NCBI RefSeq assembly: GCF_030144855.1
Contig: NC_082723.1
Span: 63,426,001-63,490,000, forward strand
Direction of reading: 5' to 3'
Length of the DNA: 64,000 nt
Origin: Hypanus sabinus
Taxonomy: Eukaryota
Shown in pieces: positions 50,205 through 63,143 of this stretch. The notes under the pieces are model-generated. The model was not told the origin of the DNA, ran no database searches, and worked only from the letters and a program-made list of their open reading frames with translations. A program made the translations under genes and the position numbers. The first letter of the stretch is position 1. Each line of letters starts with the position of its first letter.

Positions 50205-53121
50205 GGGGAAGACGGTATTGGTGAGCGCCGTATTGCGGAGGGGAGGACGGTACTGGTGAGCGCCGTATTGCGGAGGGGAGGACGGTACTGGTGAGCGCCG
50301 TATTGCGGAGGGGAAGACGGTATTGGTGAGCGCCGTATTGCGGAGGGGAGGACGGTAGTGGTGAGCGCCGTATTGCGGAGGGGAGGACGGTACTGGTGAG
50401 CGCCGTATTGCGGAGGGGAGGACGGTACTGGTGAGCGCCGTATTGCGGAGGGGAGGACGGTACTGGTGAGCGCCGTATTGCGGAGGGGAAGACGGTATTG
50501 GTGAGCGCCGTATTGCGGAGGGGAGGACGGTATTGGTGTGCGCCGTATTGCGGAGGGGAGGACGGTACTGGTGAGCGCCGTATTGCGGACGGGAGGACGG
50601 TACTGGTGAGCGCCGTATTGCGGAGGGGAGGACGGTACTGGTGAGCGCCGTATTGCGGAGGGGAGGACGGTAGTGGTGAGCGCCGTATTGCGGAGGGGAG
50701 GACGGTAGTGGTGAGCGCCGTATTGCGGAGGGGAGGACGGTAGTGGTGAGCGCCGTATTGCGGAGGGGAGGACGGTAGTGGTGAGCGCCGTATTGCGGAG
50801 GGGAGGACGGTAGTGGTGAGCGCCGTATTGCGGAGGGGAGGACGGTAGTGGTGAGCGCCGTATTGCGGAGGGGAGGACGGTAGTGGTGAGCGCCGTATTG
50901 CGGAGGGGAGGACGGTAGTGGTGAGCGCCGTATTGCGGAGGGGAGGACGGTACTGGTGAGCGCCGTATTGCGGAGGGGAGGACGGTACTGGTGAGCGCCG
51001 TATTGCGGAGGGGAGGACGGTACTGGTGAGCGCCGTATTGCGGAGGGGAGGACGGTACTGGTGAGCGCCGTATTGCGGAGGGGAGGACGGTACTGGTGAG
51101 CGCCGTATTGCGGAGGGGAGGACGGTACTGGTGAGCGCCGTATTGCGGAGGGGAGGACGGTACTGGTGAGCGCCGTATTGCGGAGGGGAGGACGGTACTG
51201 GTGAGCGCCGTATTGCGGAGGGGAGGACGGTACTGGTGAGCGCCGTATTGCGGAGGGGAGGACGGTACTGGTGAGCGCCGTATTGCGGAGGGGAGGACGG
51301 TACTGGTGAGCGCCGTATTGCGGAGGGGAGGACGGTACTGGTGAGCGCCGTATTGCGGAGGGGAGGACGGTACTGGTGAGCGCCGTATTGCGGAGGGGAG
51401 GACGGTAGTGTTGAGCGCCGTATTGCGGAGGGGAGGACGGTACTGGTGAGCGCCGTATTGCGGAGGGGAGGACGGTAGTGTTGAGCGCCGTATTGCGGAG
51501 GGGAGGACGGTACTGGTGAGCGCCGTATTGCGGAGGGGAGGACGGTACTGGTGAGCGCCGTATTGCGGAGGGGAGGACGGTACTGGTGAGCGCCGTATTG
51601 CGGAGGGGAGGACGGTAGTGTTGAGCGCCGTATTGCGGAGGGGAGGACGGTACTGGTGAGCGCCGTATTGCGGAGGGGAGGACGGTAGTGTTGAGCGCCG
51701 TATTGCGGAGGGGAGGACGGTACTGGTGAGCGCCGTATTGCGGAGGGGAGGACGGTACTGGTGAGCGCCGTATTGCGGAGGGGAGGACGGTAGTGTTGAG
51801 CGCCGTATTGCGGAGGGGAGGACGGTACTGGTGAGCGCCGTATTGCGGAGGGGAGGACGGTACTGGTGAGCGCCGTATTGCGGAGGGGAGGACGGTAGTG
51901 TTTAGCGCCGTATTGCGGAGGGGAGGACGGTAGTGGTGAGCGCCGTATTGCGGAGGGGAGGACGGTACTGGTGAGCGCCGTATTGCGGAGGGGAGGACGG
52001 TACTGGTGAGCGCCGTATTGCGGAGGGGAGGACGGTAGTGTTGAGCGCCGTATTGCGGAGGGGAGGACGGTACTGGTGAGCGCCGTATTGCGGAGGGGAG
52101 GACGGTAGTGTTGAGCGCCGTATTGCGGAGGGGAGGACGGTAGTGTTGAGCGCCGTATTGCGGAGGGGAGGACGGTACTGGTGAGCGCCGTATTGCGGAC
52201 GGGAGGACGGTACTGGTGAGCGCCGTATTGCGGAGGGGAGGACGGTAGTGTTGAGCGCCGTATTGCGGAGGGGAGGACGGTACTGGTGAGCGCCGTATTG
52301 CGGAGGGGAGGACGGTACTGGTGAGCGCCGTATTGCGGAGGGGAGGACGGTACTGGTGAGCGCCGTATTGCGGACGGGAGGACGGTACTGGTGTGCGCCG
52401 TATTGCGGAGGGGTGGACGGTACTGGTGAGCGCCGTATTGCGGAGGGGAGGACGGTACTGGTGAGCGCCGTATTGCGGAGGGGAGGACGGTACTGGTGAG
52501 CGCCGTATTGCGGACGGGAGGACGGTAGTGTTGAGCGCCGTATTGCGGAGGGGAGGACGGTACTGGTGAGCGCCGTATTGCGGAGGGGAGGACGGTAGTG
52601 TTGAGCGCCGTATTGCGGAGGGGAGGACGGTACTGGTGAGCGCCGTATTGCGGAGGGGAGGACGGTACTGGTGAGCGCCGTATTGCGGAGGGGAGGACGG
52701 TACTGGTGAGCGCCGTATTGCGGAGGGGAGGACGGTACTGGTGAGCGCCGTATTGCGGAGGGGAGGACGGTACTGGTGAGCGCCGTATTGCGGACGGGAG
52801 GACGGTAGTGTTGAGCGCCGTATTGCGGAGGGGAGGACGGTACTGGTGAGCGCCGTATTGCGGAGGGGAGGACGGTACTGGTGAGCGCCGTATTGCGGAC
52901 GGGAGGACGGTACTGGTGAGCGCCGTATTGCGGAGGGGAGGACGGTACTGGTGAGCGCCGTATTGCGGAGGGGAGGACGGTACTGGTGAGCGCCGTATTG
53001 CGGAGGGGAGGACGGTACTGGTGAGCGCCGTATTGCGGAGGGGAGGACGGTACTGGTGAGCGCCGTATTGCGGAGGGGAGGACGGTAGTGTTGAGCGCCG
53101 TATTGCGGAGGGGAGGACGGT
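50205..53121. repeat. 35-bp G/CpG-rich minisatellite (GACGGTACTGGTGAGCGCCGTATTGCGGAGGGGAG, ~83 copies)
   Basis: Directly visible and highly homogeneous; it generates the 1019-aa ORF with a 35-aa period. Confidence 0.98.
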
Positions 53122-53394
53122 AGGGCTGATGAGCTTGAAGTGCTCATTGAATGGAATCGCCCATCCAGGGCTGTAATGTCAGCCTCTCCTTCCCAAATTA
53201 CCTCCTCTCGCTTCCACTGATGCACTGCTGACTGCCCATGGGAGCAAACAAGACGAACCAGTGTGGCGAATTTTGAAGAGGAGGGTTCTAGGCCTCAGCC
53301 TATGGACAATTCTGATAAGGTTAATGATGAAGAATTACAACATTCTGAGTCATTTCACTGCACTAGTACAACAATGAACACAAAAAAACCTCAG

Positions 53395-55070
53395 TCTTTT
53401 TACAAAACTCAGTTTATTTACACAACACATGCAAAACAGTGAATAAATTCAAATTAATTCATGATTATTACTCTGTAAAAAGTCAATTCCCTGGGGGGCC
53501 CACTCCTCCTGGAAATCCCCCATTGTACCCAGTGTTACGATCCCAGCCCCCTCCTTTGTGAGAATCGCAAGAGCACCCGTTGAGGGGGGGGGGGGTCAGT
53601 AGACCCAGGAAGTGGGAGAGAGAGAAACATGCCAAATTGCACGTCCCACCCGGGATACAGAATAAGACAACAGCGACTATTGTCTCATGGAGACCACGTG
53701 AAAAGTCCTCGGGCAAGGTGGGCTGGTTGAGAGAGAGATTGCATCATCCCAACCTGATTGACACCTGCGACCCCGTGAGGAAGTATAATGGAGAGTCTCA
53801 GGGGGACAGCCCCTCAGACGCACCCAGAAGACACGAGAGTGTTCCCGTAGCAGCGGGAAGCCATTCTGAAGGAAGCCACGTGCGGTAGATTCCGGGATTG
53901 GAATTTGTGTCTGGAATCACAGAAAACCGCTTTTAACTAACATCGGGGCGAGGAAACCAACGCTCCCCCGATTTCACGGAAGCTTCATCAAGACTCGGCA
54001 AGTTCTTTCTCTTCTCCCCCAATATCTCTGTCTCGGTCGCCCCACGTGAAACCCAGCGATTTTCAAAGAGCTGAGGCCTGCAGACTTTCTGAGTGACTTT
54101 TATATTTCCAACGGACTATCTATTAACCCCTAGACAACAGCAGAGCTCACTTCTTAATGATGAGTATTACTATACCCGCGCTTTAGATTGAGTGTTGATG
54201 ATGTGCACTATCTGAATGTATGTATTAACCCTACTTTTGTGTCCCTTTATAAATAAAACGTTTGAAAATAGTGACATCAGACTTCAACGGACCTCTCTAT
54301 CTTTGCTGGTAAGTTCTCCAGTTACGGGATTTGTAACACCAGTATGAACACATGCTCCCTCTCCAAGGATAGCTGGGCAGGCTGCCAACCCTGGCAGACC
54401 CCTCAACTTCCCACAGCCTAGACCCAGGAATGTCCATCTTGGCCGGGCCCAGGAGCAAGTCGATCCTCCTCAGACCCACCCCCTTTTGCACTGGGAGTGC
54501 GGGGCTGAAGTGTAACCAGAACCTAGGCAGGAGCCCCTTCAGACACAAACGAGCTGCAACCTCTCACCCTCCATATCACTGACCCCTCCCGGACACAGAG
54601 TGGATGGGTGGATGGGGTGTCAGTGAACCTACTCACAAGCCTGTTGTAGAGTACAGCCCCGTGTAACACCTTCCACCCCAGGTCCCCGGTGTACGGGAGA
54701 AGGGCCATCTGCATAAAGAGATCTCCACTGGGGCCCTCCTCCGCTGTCAGATGGTAACACAGACCACGAAGGTGAATCCGGTTGGCAGATGGAGGCGAGG
54801 AAGTGAAAGGTGCACACGAGCAGCCCATACAGGGAAAACTTCAGTGTCACAGAAGGGCGTGGTGGGTTATGCATGACCTTCTCCCGCATGATATCCCGAG
54901 GCCTGGGTCCAAAGAGTACCTTCGGCCCATCAGGTGGTGGTGCAGCTGGAACCCCTCCACTTCCCCAAGCCACTGTGGTAGGATGGGGACCAGTCCCTCT
55001 CGCAGTTAGAGCACTGTCCCCCACCGGCACAGGAGCACCAGAGCTGTCAGGGTCTTATCCTCCCGTGGCT
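53395..55070 (-). mobile_element. Tx1/L1-clade LINE 3' fragment, interrupted by a solo LTR
   Basis: LLPYTGDLGWKVLHGAV.. and IDLLLGPAKMDIPGS motifs of the ORF2 C-terminus; minus-strand AATAAA/A-rich end near 53400. Confidence 0.7.
53533..54338 (+). mobile_element. Solo LTR (806 bp) with 4-bp TSD CCAG
   Basis: Terminal inverted ends TGTTACGATCCC / GGGATTTGTAACA; CCAG at 53529-53532 and 54339-54342; AATAAA near 54252. Confidence 0.9.
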
Positions 55071-55268
55071 AATGCAAACCAGGTGCTGGTGATTGAGAGG
55101 AATTGGGAAAGATTGGGAATCAAGTGTGGGGATTAAGGACCAATTAGGGAGGAAAGGGAAAAGGTGGGAAATTCCAAGCAGGACCGTGACAATGTAGGGG
55201 TTTCCTGAGGTCTGAAAATTATTTCAAGGATTCCTCCAGGGCAAATATTGAGAAAGGCTGCTCTAGAA

Positions 55269-56700
55269 GCAAGTGAAAATGGCAGAGAGAGGCTTAAGGC
55301 CAAATGTGCTGTACTTCCTTTCGTGGGGATGGAGCTGCCACATGCCCCCAATTAACTGTTCATGCACAGCACCCACAGCATAGTCTGAAGTGTTAGTCAT
55401 AATGGCTATGGATGTGCTGGGGAGTGCATGTGCCAGTAGGGCCACATTAATCGATTGCTTGAGTGGTTAAGCAGACATGGCCAGGGCATTTGATGATACC
55501 AAATGAGCCCTTTCTAGAGGTATTGACTTTAAGCGCTCTATACAAGGGAAACATAAGTTCAGTAGCTTGCAGAATGAAGCGCTGATAGAAATTCACCATG
55601 CTGATGGAAATCCATAATAGCAGCTACTTTTGATGGGAAGAATATCACATCTTCTGCAGAGATGCGATGGCTGAGAAAGTCAATGGTTGACAACCCAAAC
55701 TGGCATTTAGCAAGGTTAATAATCAATCTGTGTCGACTTAAGCGCTCAAAGTGTGTGGTAAAGTGTTTGGATTTCGACATACAGGTGACAAATATGTCAT
55801 CCAGGTGAACAAAAAGAAAATCTACATCTTCTAACACAGAGCCCACCAGCTGTTGGAAAGACTGTGCTGCATTTTACAGTCGAAATGGCATGCGCCAAGA
55901 AGTCCAGATGGGGTTATCACAGCTGTATTAGGAATGCTTCTGCCCACACAGGCACCTAATGGTAGCTCCTAACTAGATTAACTTTGGAAAAAATTAATTT
56001 TCTGGCTAAACATGCCAAAAAGTTTTGAACGTGTGGGGCTGGGTAATGATTTGGGGTGGTGTGGTGAACTACATATACTTGTCTGGACACGCCCCTTCTG
56101 ACTGCTCCTGTGGCTCCTCCCACAGACCCCTGTATAAAGGCGATCGAGTCCTGAGCCCGGCCTGTCAGTCTCCAGGATGTAGTATGGTGGTCACTCACTG
56201 CTTGTTCCTTCTTCCAGTCAATAAAAGCTGATATCTCGCCTTACGTCTCAGAGTGAGTTATTGATGGTGCATCAGATGGTGGCTTCATTAAGGCATTGGT
56301 AATCACTACATGGGTGGTAACCACCATCTGACTTGGGGACCATACGGAGGGGTGTAGCCCAGGGGCTATTTGACTGCCAAACAATCAATTTCAAGTCTTT
56401 CATGTTGGCAAACTCAGCTTTCGCAGTTGCCAGCTTTTCTGGGTTCATGCAGGCATGGACTGGCGGGCCAGTTGTCGAAATGTTGTGCTGGATTCCATTT
56501 TTGTGATTGTAGTGGAGAATGTGGGCTTGGTGAGGCCTGAGAATTCACCCAGCAGCCGGGTAAGTTCATGTGCAGTGGTGGATATGTACAACAGAGTCAT
56601 TGTGGGGAAAATGCTTGGGGGAGCAGGGTAATGATCCAAAATCCTGGGCATCCACGAGATTGACAAATTTCACAGCATATGCCGATGATATTGAACATGT
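55269..56700 (-). mobile_element. Gypsy pol remnant (RT plus start of RNase H), continuous with 48680-49880
   Basis: Motifs TTPNHYPAPHVQNF...IFSKVNLVRSYH, FLFVHLDDIFV, KCQFGLSTIDFLSHRI and TNTSDYAVGAVHEQ. Confidence 0.88.
56060..56274 (+). mobile_element. Short solo LTR (215 bp) inserted in the Gypsy RT
   Basis: TG...CA ends; flanks GGTGG / GATGG (5-bp TSD with 1 mismatch); internal TATAAA and AATAAA. Removal restores LNEAT(T)PNHYP. Confidence 0.8.
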
Positions 56701-57299
56701 TTCTGATTCTGATCTTCCTCGGGAGGCTAAGGAAACTTGGCATGTCCTCTTTGACACCTACAGGTTTTTATTGCTGCACCTGAGCAAGCATCCTAGCTGG
56801 ATGCATTACTCTGTGTACGGCAGCTGTTCTGTCCAGGACTGCTAGAAACTGCGGAGTTGTGGACACGGCTCAGAACATCGTAGAGACCAGCCCTACCTCC
56901 GTGGAGTTTGCCTACACTTCCTGCTGCCTCTGTAGAGCAGCCAGCATCGTCAAAGACCTCTCCCATCCCATCGGGCAGAAGGTACACACCACCAAGCTTA
57001 AGGACAGCTTCTGTCCCACTATTGAATTCATGTCTTGTACATTAAGGATGAACACGTATTCTCTATCTAACTTGTCCCTTGTACCTTATTTTCTACCTGC
57101 ATTGCACATTCCCGTTACTGTAACACCATATTCTGCATTCTATAATTACTCATTTCTGGTATGACTTCAAGATGCATATGCTTTGAAACGATTGATTCTG
57201 GTGGCTTGCAAAACAGACGTTTTCACTGTAACTCAGTATATAAAACAGAAATAAATCAATGTCAATAAAGAGATGAGACTTAAGGCTTGATTTAGATTG

Positions 57300-57875
57300 G
57301 GGGATGGCTTTGTTAAGCACCTTTGCTCCGTCCATTGTACAAGCTGGGGATTTCTTGGTGGCCAGCCATTTTAATTCCTCGTCTCATTGTGGACATCTGT
57401 CCACAGCCTCCACTGGATCAGCCAGACACAGGCTAGACGAACAATACCTCCTCTTCCATTTCAGTGGTCTCCAATTTAATGGCTGATTTCTCTAACTTCT
57501 GATAACCACAGCCCCCTGTCTCCCCTTTTCCTCAAACCAGTTTCCATTACCCCAGGTTACCCCTTTCTTGCCCTCTTGATCTGCTCACCACCCACACCGG
57601 TTTCCCTCCTCACCTTCTCTTTATTCCACTGTTCACTATCCTTTTTGATCAGATTCCAAATCCTTTAGCCCTTTGGCATTTCTCAGCTTTTTACATCATC
57701 CCCACTCCCCGACCCTCTCACATTTTTATACTGACCACCTCCCTTATTTCTTTCTCGTTAAGATGAAGGATCTCGATCCAAAAGGTCCACTGTCCATTCC
57801 CCCTTTTGTCACTGGCCCGCTGAGTTCCTTGTTTGTTGGTTAGATCACACTTGGCGAATCCTGTGTGTTTCTGAT
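57300..57875 (+). mobile_element. Penelope-type element 3' fragment
   Basis: VASHFNSSSH...RLDEQYLLF resembles the GIY-YIG C-terminus of Penelope ORFs, followed by a pyrimidine-rich tail. Confidence 0.7.
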
Positions 57876-58519
57876 CTCCATGCTTCAGGAAGGATATAGT
57901 TAAGTTGGAGAGGGTGCAGGAAATATTTCAGAGATGTTGTTTGAAAAGGTAAACATTGGTCACAAACTCTAGGAGAACTTCCCAGCTCTTGAACTCATAT
58001 GACAGGGACTTTAACATCTTGAACTCATATGACAGGGACTTGAAGATCTCTCCTAATATAATGCAACACTCCAGTATGTTAAACCCAAGATGGGGCCACA
58101 GAAAACAAGTCACTATTAAACTCAGGTCCAGTCATACTGAATGCCTAGTAAACACTGTCAATTTAACCCATGCAATCCCAGGCATTCAGATGCCAGGTAA
58201 TGATGTTTAAAAATATCATTACCCTCAGAATTACAAGCCCCTCATTATCCTGGTTCGTGGGAGAAACACAAGCTGGGCAGCCTTGGGGAGGATATCTAAT
58301 GATTAAAGACCCGAAACACCCAACGATCCGAGGATGAATTACTGACCACATGATACTGGATTGCTGGCCTGCACTGTTGTGCTCAGATGTCCAAAGTGGA
58401 ATTAAGTGAACTGCCTCCTGTGCCTTAGTTTTGTTTTGCATTCTGGTATTTTTCTCTGTCTTAAACCCAGATGTATCAGTATTACAGTGGAATAAAGGAA
58501 ATTAAAGATCCACGAGAAT

Positions 58520-61500
58520 GGAGCTAGAGCTTGTGGTCCACGTCAGCACCACTGACATGGGTAGGGTGGGTGGCGAGATCCTCCAAAGTGAGTTCAGAGA
58601 GTCAGGTGCCAATAGGACCTCCAGGGCCGTGATTCAGGATTGCTATTCATGCCAACGAGGCCAGAAATAGGAAGATTATACAGTTTGATAAGTGGCTAAG
58701 GAAATGGTGCAGGAGGGAGGGTTTCAGATATTTGGACCATTGGGCTCTCTGCTGGGGAAGGTGGGACCTATTACAGAAGGAATGGTTTATACCTGAACTG
58801 GAGGGGGACTAATATCCCAGCAGGAAAGTTAGCCAAAGCTGCTTGGCAGAGTGTGGGTGGGTTTCAGCTAGAATTGCTGGCTGATGGGAACCAGAGTGCT
58901 CAACAGGTAGTGGAGAGGTTGTGGAGAAAGATGTTAAGCCTACATATAGAGTCAGGAATCGCAAGGTGGGTCTAATGTTCTGAGCTGTGTATATTTCAGT
59001 CCCAGACCTATCGTAGGAAAGGCAGATGAGCTTATGGCATGGATCAGTGGAATTGTGACTGTGGCCAATAGTGACACTTGGTTGCAGGAGGGGCAGGACT
59101 GGCAGCTCAATGTTCTGGGGTTCCATTGATAGACGTGATAGAGTGGGCAGAATTAAAGGGGGTGAGGTGGCATTACTAGTCAGGAAAATTGTCACAGCCA
59201 TGCTCAGTGAGGACAGACTGGAGAACTCATCCAGTGAGGCTTTATGGGTGGAACTGAGGAATAAGAAAGGTAAGACAATGTTCATGGGATTACGTTATAG
59301 ACCACCCAACAGTTTGCAGGATTTAGAGGAGCAAATTTGTAGAGTGATCGCAGACTGTTGCAACAGACATAAAGTTGTGGTAGTAGGTGATTTTAACTTG
59401 GCACATATTGATTGGGACTCCCATACTGTGAAAGAGTTTTTTTTTCAAATGTGTTCAGGAAGGTTTCCTTAATCAGTAAATAGAAATCCCAGCGACAGAG
59501 TGTGATACTAGATCTCCAAGGGAGTGAGCCAGGGCAGGTGACAGAAGTTTGTTTACAGGAACACTTTGCCATTAGTGTTTATAATGCCATTAGTTTCAAG
59601 ATAATTATGGCAAAAGATAGGTCTGATCCTCGGGTTGAGATTCTAAATTGGAGGAAGGTCACTTTTGATGGTATCAGAAAGGATCTGGCAAGTGTGGGCT
59701 GGGACAGGCTGTTTTCTGGCAAAGGTGTATTTCGTAATTAGGAGGCTTTCAAAAGTGAGATTTTGAGAGTACAAAGTTCGTCTGTTCCTGTCAGAATAAA
59801 AGGCAAGGACAACAGGTTTAGGGAAGCTTATTTTTGAAGAGATATCGAGGCCCCAGTTAAGAAAAAGAGGGAGATGCATGGTAGGTTATGTATAGACAGG
59901 TAGGAACAAAAGAGGAGTATAAGAGATGCAAGAGATTTAGGAAAGAATTCAGGAGGGCTGAAAGAAGAGATGAGATTGCTCCAGCAGGCAAGGTGAAGGA
60001 GAATCCTTGGGCTTCTTCAGATATATTAGCAGCAACATTGAGCCTCTGGAAGATCAGAGAGGTAATCCATGCGGGGAGCTGAGAGAGATGGGGGAGATCT
60101 TAACTGGATTTTTTTTTGTATCTGTATATATATTCAGGAGGAGGACACAGTCTATAGACGCGAGGCAATGCAGCAAAAAGGTCATGGACCCTATACAGAT
60201 CATAGAGGATGATGTGTTGCTGTCCTGTGAAAAATTAAGCCTGACATTGTGTTTCTTCAAGTCCCTGTTGGAGGCTAGTGCAGAAATTGCAGGGGGCTAG
60301 CAGAGATAATTAAAATATCCTTAGCACGGGTGATATATTGGAGGATTGGAGGATAGCTAATGTTGTTTTGTTGTTTAAGAAAGGCTCCAAGAATAAGCTA
60401 GGAAACTAAAGGCTGGTGAGGCTGACATCAGTAGTGGGAAAGTTACTGGATCAAATATCTAAGTATGTGGATGAACAGGGACCGAATAGGGTAATCACCA
60501 TTGTCATTTGTGGTTGGTCACAGATAACCAATCTTACAGAGCTTTCCAAGGAAGTTATCAAGAAAGTTGATGAAGGTAAGGCAGTGGATGTTGTCTACAT
60601 GGCAAGGGCTTTGACAAGGCCCCGCATGGAGGGTTAGTCAAGAAGGTTCAGTCTCTTAGCATTCAGGATGGGGTAGTAAATTAGATTAGGCATTGGCTTC
60701 ATGGAACAAGCTAGAGAGTGGTTGTACATGGTTGCTTCTCTGACTGGAGGCCTGTGACTCGTGGTTTGCCACAAGGATTGGTGCTGGGTCCATTGTTGTT
60801 TGTCATCGATCTCAATGATCTAGTCAATAATGTGGTAAACTGGATCAGCAAATTTGCAGATGACACCGAGATTGGAGGTGTAGTGGACAGCAAGGAAGAC
60901 TGCCAAAGTTTTCAGTGGGATCTGGGCCAGCTGGAAATATGGACTGAAAAACGGCAGACAGGTATGAGGTGTTGCATTAGGGTAGGACCAACCAGTGCAG
61001 GTCTTAGATGGTGAACGGTAGGGCACTGAGGAGTGTGGTAGAACAAAAGGATCTGGGAATACAGGTCCATAATTCCTTGAAAGTGGCATCACGGGTAGAT
61101 AGGGTTATAAAGAAAGCTTTTGGCATATTGGCCTTCATAAATCAATGTACTGAGTACAAGAGTTGGGATATTATGTTGAAATTGTATAAGATGATGGTGA
61201 GGCTTAATATGGAGAATTGTGTCCAGTTTTGGTCATGTACCTACAGGAAAGATGTAAATAAGATTGAAAGAGTGCAGAGAAAATTTACAAGGATGTTACC
61301 GGGACTTGATGACCCAAGTTATAGGAAAAGATTGAATAGGTTAGGACTTCATTCCCTAGAATGTAGAAGGCTGAGGAGAGATTTGATAGAGCTCTACAAT
61401 ATAATGAGGTGTTTAGATAGGGTAAATGCAAGCAGGCTTTTTCCACTGAGGTTGGGTGGGACTACAATCAGAGATGATTGTTTAAGGCTCCAATGTGAAA

Positions 61501-61720
61501 TGTTTAAGAGGAACATGAGAGGGAACTTCTTCACTCAGAGGGTGGTGAGAGTGTGGAATGAGCAGCTGAAACAAGTGGTGGATGCGGAGTAAATCTCAAC
61601 ATTTAAGAGAAATTTGGATAGGTACATGGATGAGAAGGGTATGGAGGGCAGGTCGATGGTTTGGGTGTGGGTCGATGAGAGGGGTATGGAGTGCAGGTCG
61701 ATGGGACTGTTTCTGTTATG
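58520..61720 (+). mobile_element. Long degenerate CR1 LINE (end of ORF1, endonuclease, RT, 3' end)
   Basis: Colinear motifs GGEVALLV, YRPPNS, VVVGDFN, WRIANVV.LFKKG, PQGLVLGPLLFVI.LNDL, ISKFADDT, ENCVQFWS and FFTQRVVRVWN, with many frameshifts. Confidence 0.92.
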
Positions 61721-62260
61721 AGTCATTTGCAAGTGCATTTTTCATTGTACCTGCGCCTCACATGACAATTAACTCAAATGGATCCGACTTCTTTCTCAGA
61801 GACAAGGGAGCTGCCAGTGAGCTAAGGGTGATGCCGTCAGATCAATGAAGCACCCACAGCCCACCCATGTCCGAGCAGACCACAGCCAGCAAAATCCCCT
61901 CCGTCCACCCATTAGTGTTGCTGGGTCCATCGCCACTCGGCATCTCTCCCACTTGCCCCTCCTTCTCCAGGGAATGAACACACCTTTTCCAATTCCACAG
62001 AGCGGCTCGTGGCATTCCTGTGATTCCAGCCGAGCCAGCTCTTTTTATATTTTACAAGAACACGTTGAAATTATTAACGCATGTTGAAGATAACTGAAGA
62101 GGAGTTTGAAACAACACCAGAGGCAGTCTCTCCACCGGGGGTGATGCAATTCAAAGGCGGCAGTCCAGTTTTGTGTGATGTTGAGCAGGAGAGAGAGCCT
62201 GTTAATGAAAGACAGACCTTAGCATCGGCAAGGGTCTGAGAGCTGGGGATGAGGAGTGGG

Positions 62261-63143
62261 TCAGGGGGCAATGAGTGGAGCTAAGAGGGCAGGGTTTGAG
62301 AGGTGGGTGGCAATGCAACAGTTGGGAGGAGGACTGAGACGGTCAGAGGAAGGGGCCCTGTGCCAATGGGGTGGGGGGGATGTGAGAGGCATGAGCAGAA
62401 AGGGAATTTGAGTTACATTTGTAAGAGGGGGGTAGATGGATGACATTAGGGGCATGTCTGTGGAGGGAGGGTGGCCTGCGTGAGTGGTGTCAGATAGTTG
62501 CCTCCATGTTGGTGATAGGAGAGGAGGGAGCTGTGGTGTGTAGGTTGTGGTTCTCATGCTCGGAGAGCAGCTAAATGAGAGGATCGGTGCAGGCGAGAGC
62601 TGCCGGTTGGTCGGGGATGATTCCCAGTGGGAGAGGAAGCTTGAGAGGGATGTGGTTACGTTGAGGTCTGTACTGGGAGGGGTATGTTTATAATGGGGAG
62701 CGTCTAAGATGGGAGGGGTGTTTATGACTGGGACGTGTCTGTAGAGACAGTGTAGTGGACTGGGCGGTATAAATGCTGCTGGGCGGTTGGAATCTGCAAC
62801 GGTTCCTCCCGGTCCCGGTCCAGGTGAGTCCTCGGCCCTCTTCCACCGGGGAAGCGACGGCCGCTCGGGACATTGTCGAACAGGATTTGAGGAGGTGGTG
62901 ATGGAGGGCGGGATGGTGTTCTTTGGGTCTCTTGGTCCCTTCGGAGTTGACCCGGGCTTCAGACAGGATTGGATCCGGGACAACGCTCCTTTTGAGCTCC
63001 GGTCCAGCCCAGGCGATGAAGATTTTCCCGAGCCTGAGCGTCCGCTCTCGGACAGACCCCGGAACCAGACTGGGGCAAGGTTGTGGGTGGAGGTGGTCCG
63101 GGTGGGACCGGGACGGCCGGTGGATGCTCGGATTAGTGTCCAC
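62261..63143 (-). other. Possible Pro/Ser-rich exon of an unidentified gene
   Basis: About 294 stop-free codons after a ctttcag acceptor in CpG-containing, non-repeat-looking sequence. No recognisable domain. Confidence 0.25.

Larger units (their letters stand above)
49889..55260. mobile_element. Non-autonomous hAT (Buster-type) element inserted in the Gypsy RNase H, enlarged by nested insertions
   Basis: TIRs CAGGATTTCTCA / CAGCCTTTCTCA (reverse complement of the right end); 8-bp TSD CTCCAGAA (49881-49888) / CTCTAGAA (55261-55268). Confidence 0.8.

Noticed and set aside
50166-53225. 1019-aa ORF
   Set aside because: It is the translation of a 35-bp tandem repeat (35-aa period = 3 units) inside a transposon, with no domain or gene context.
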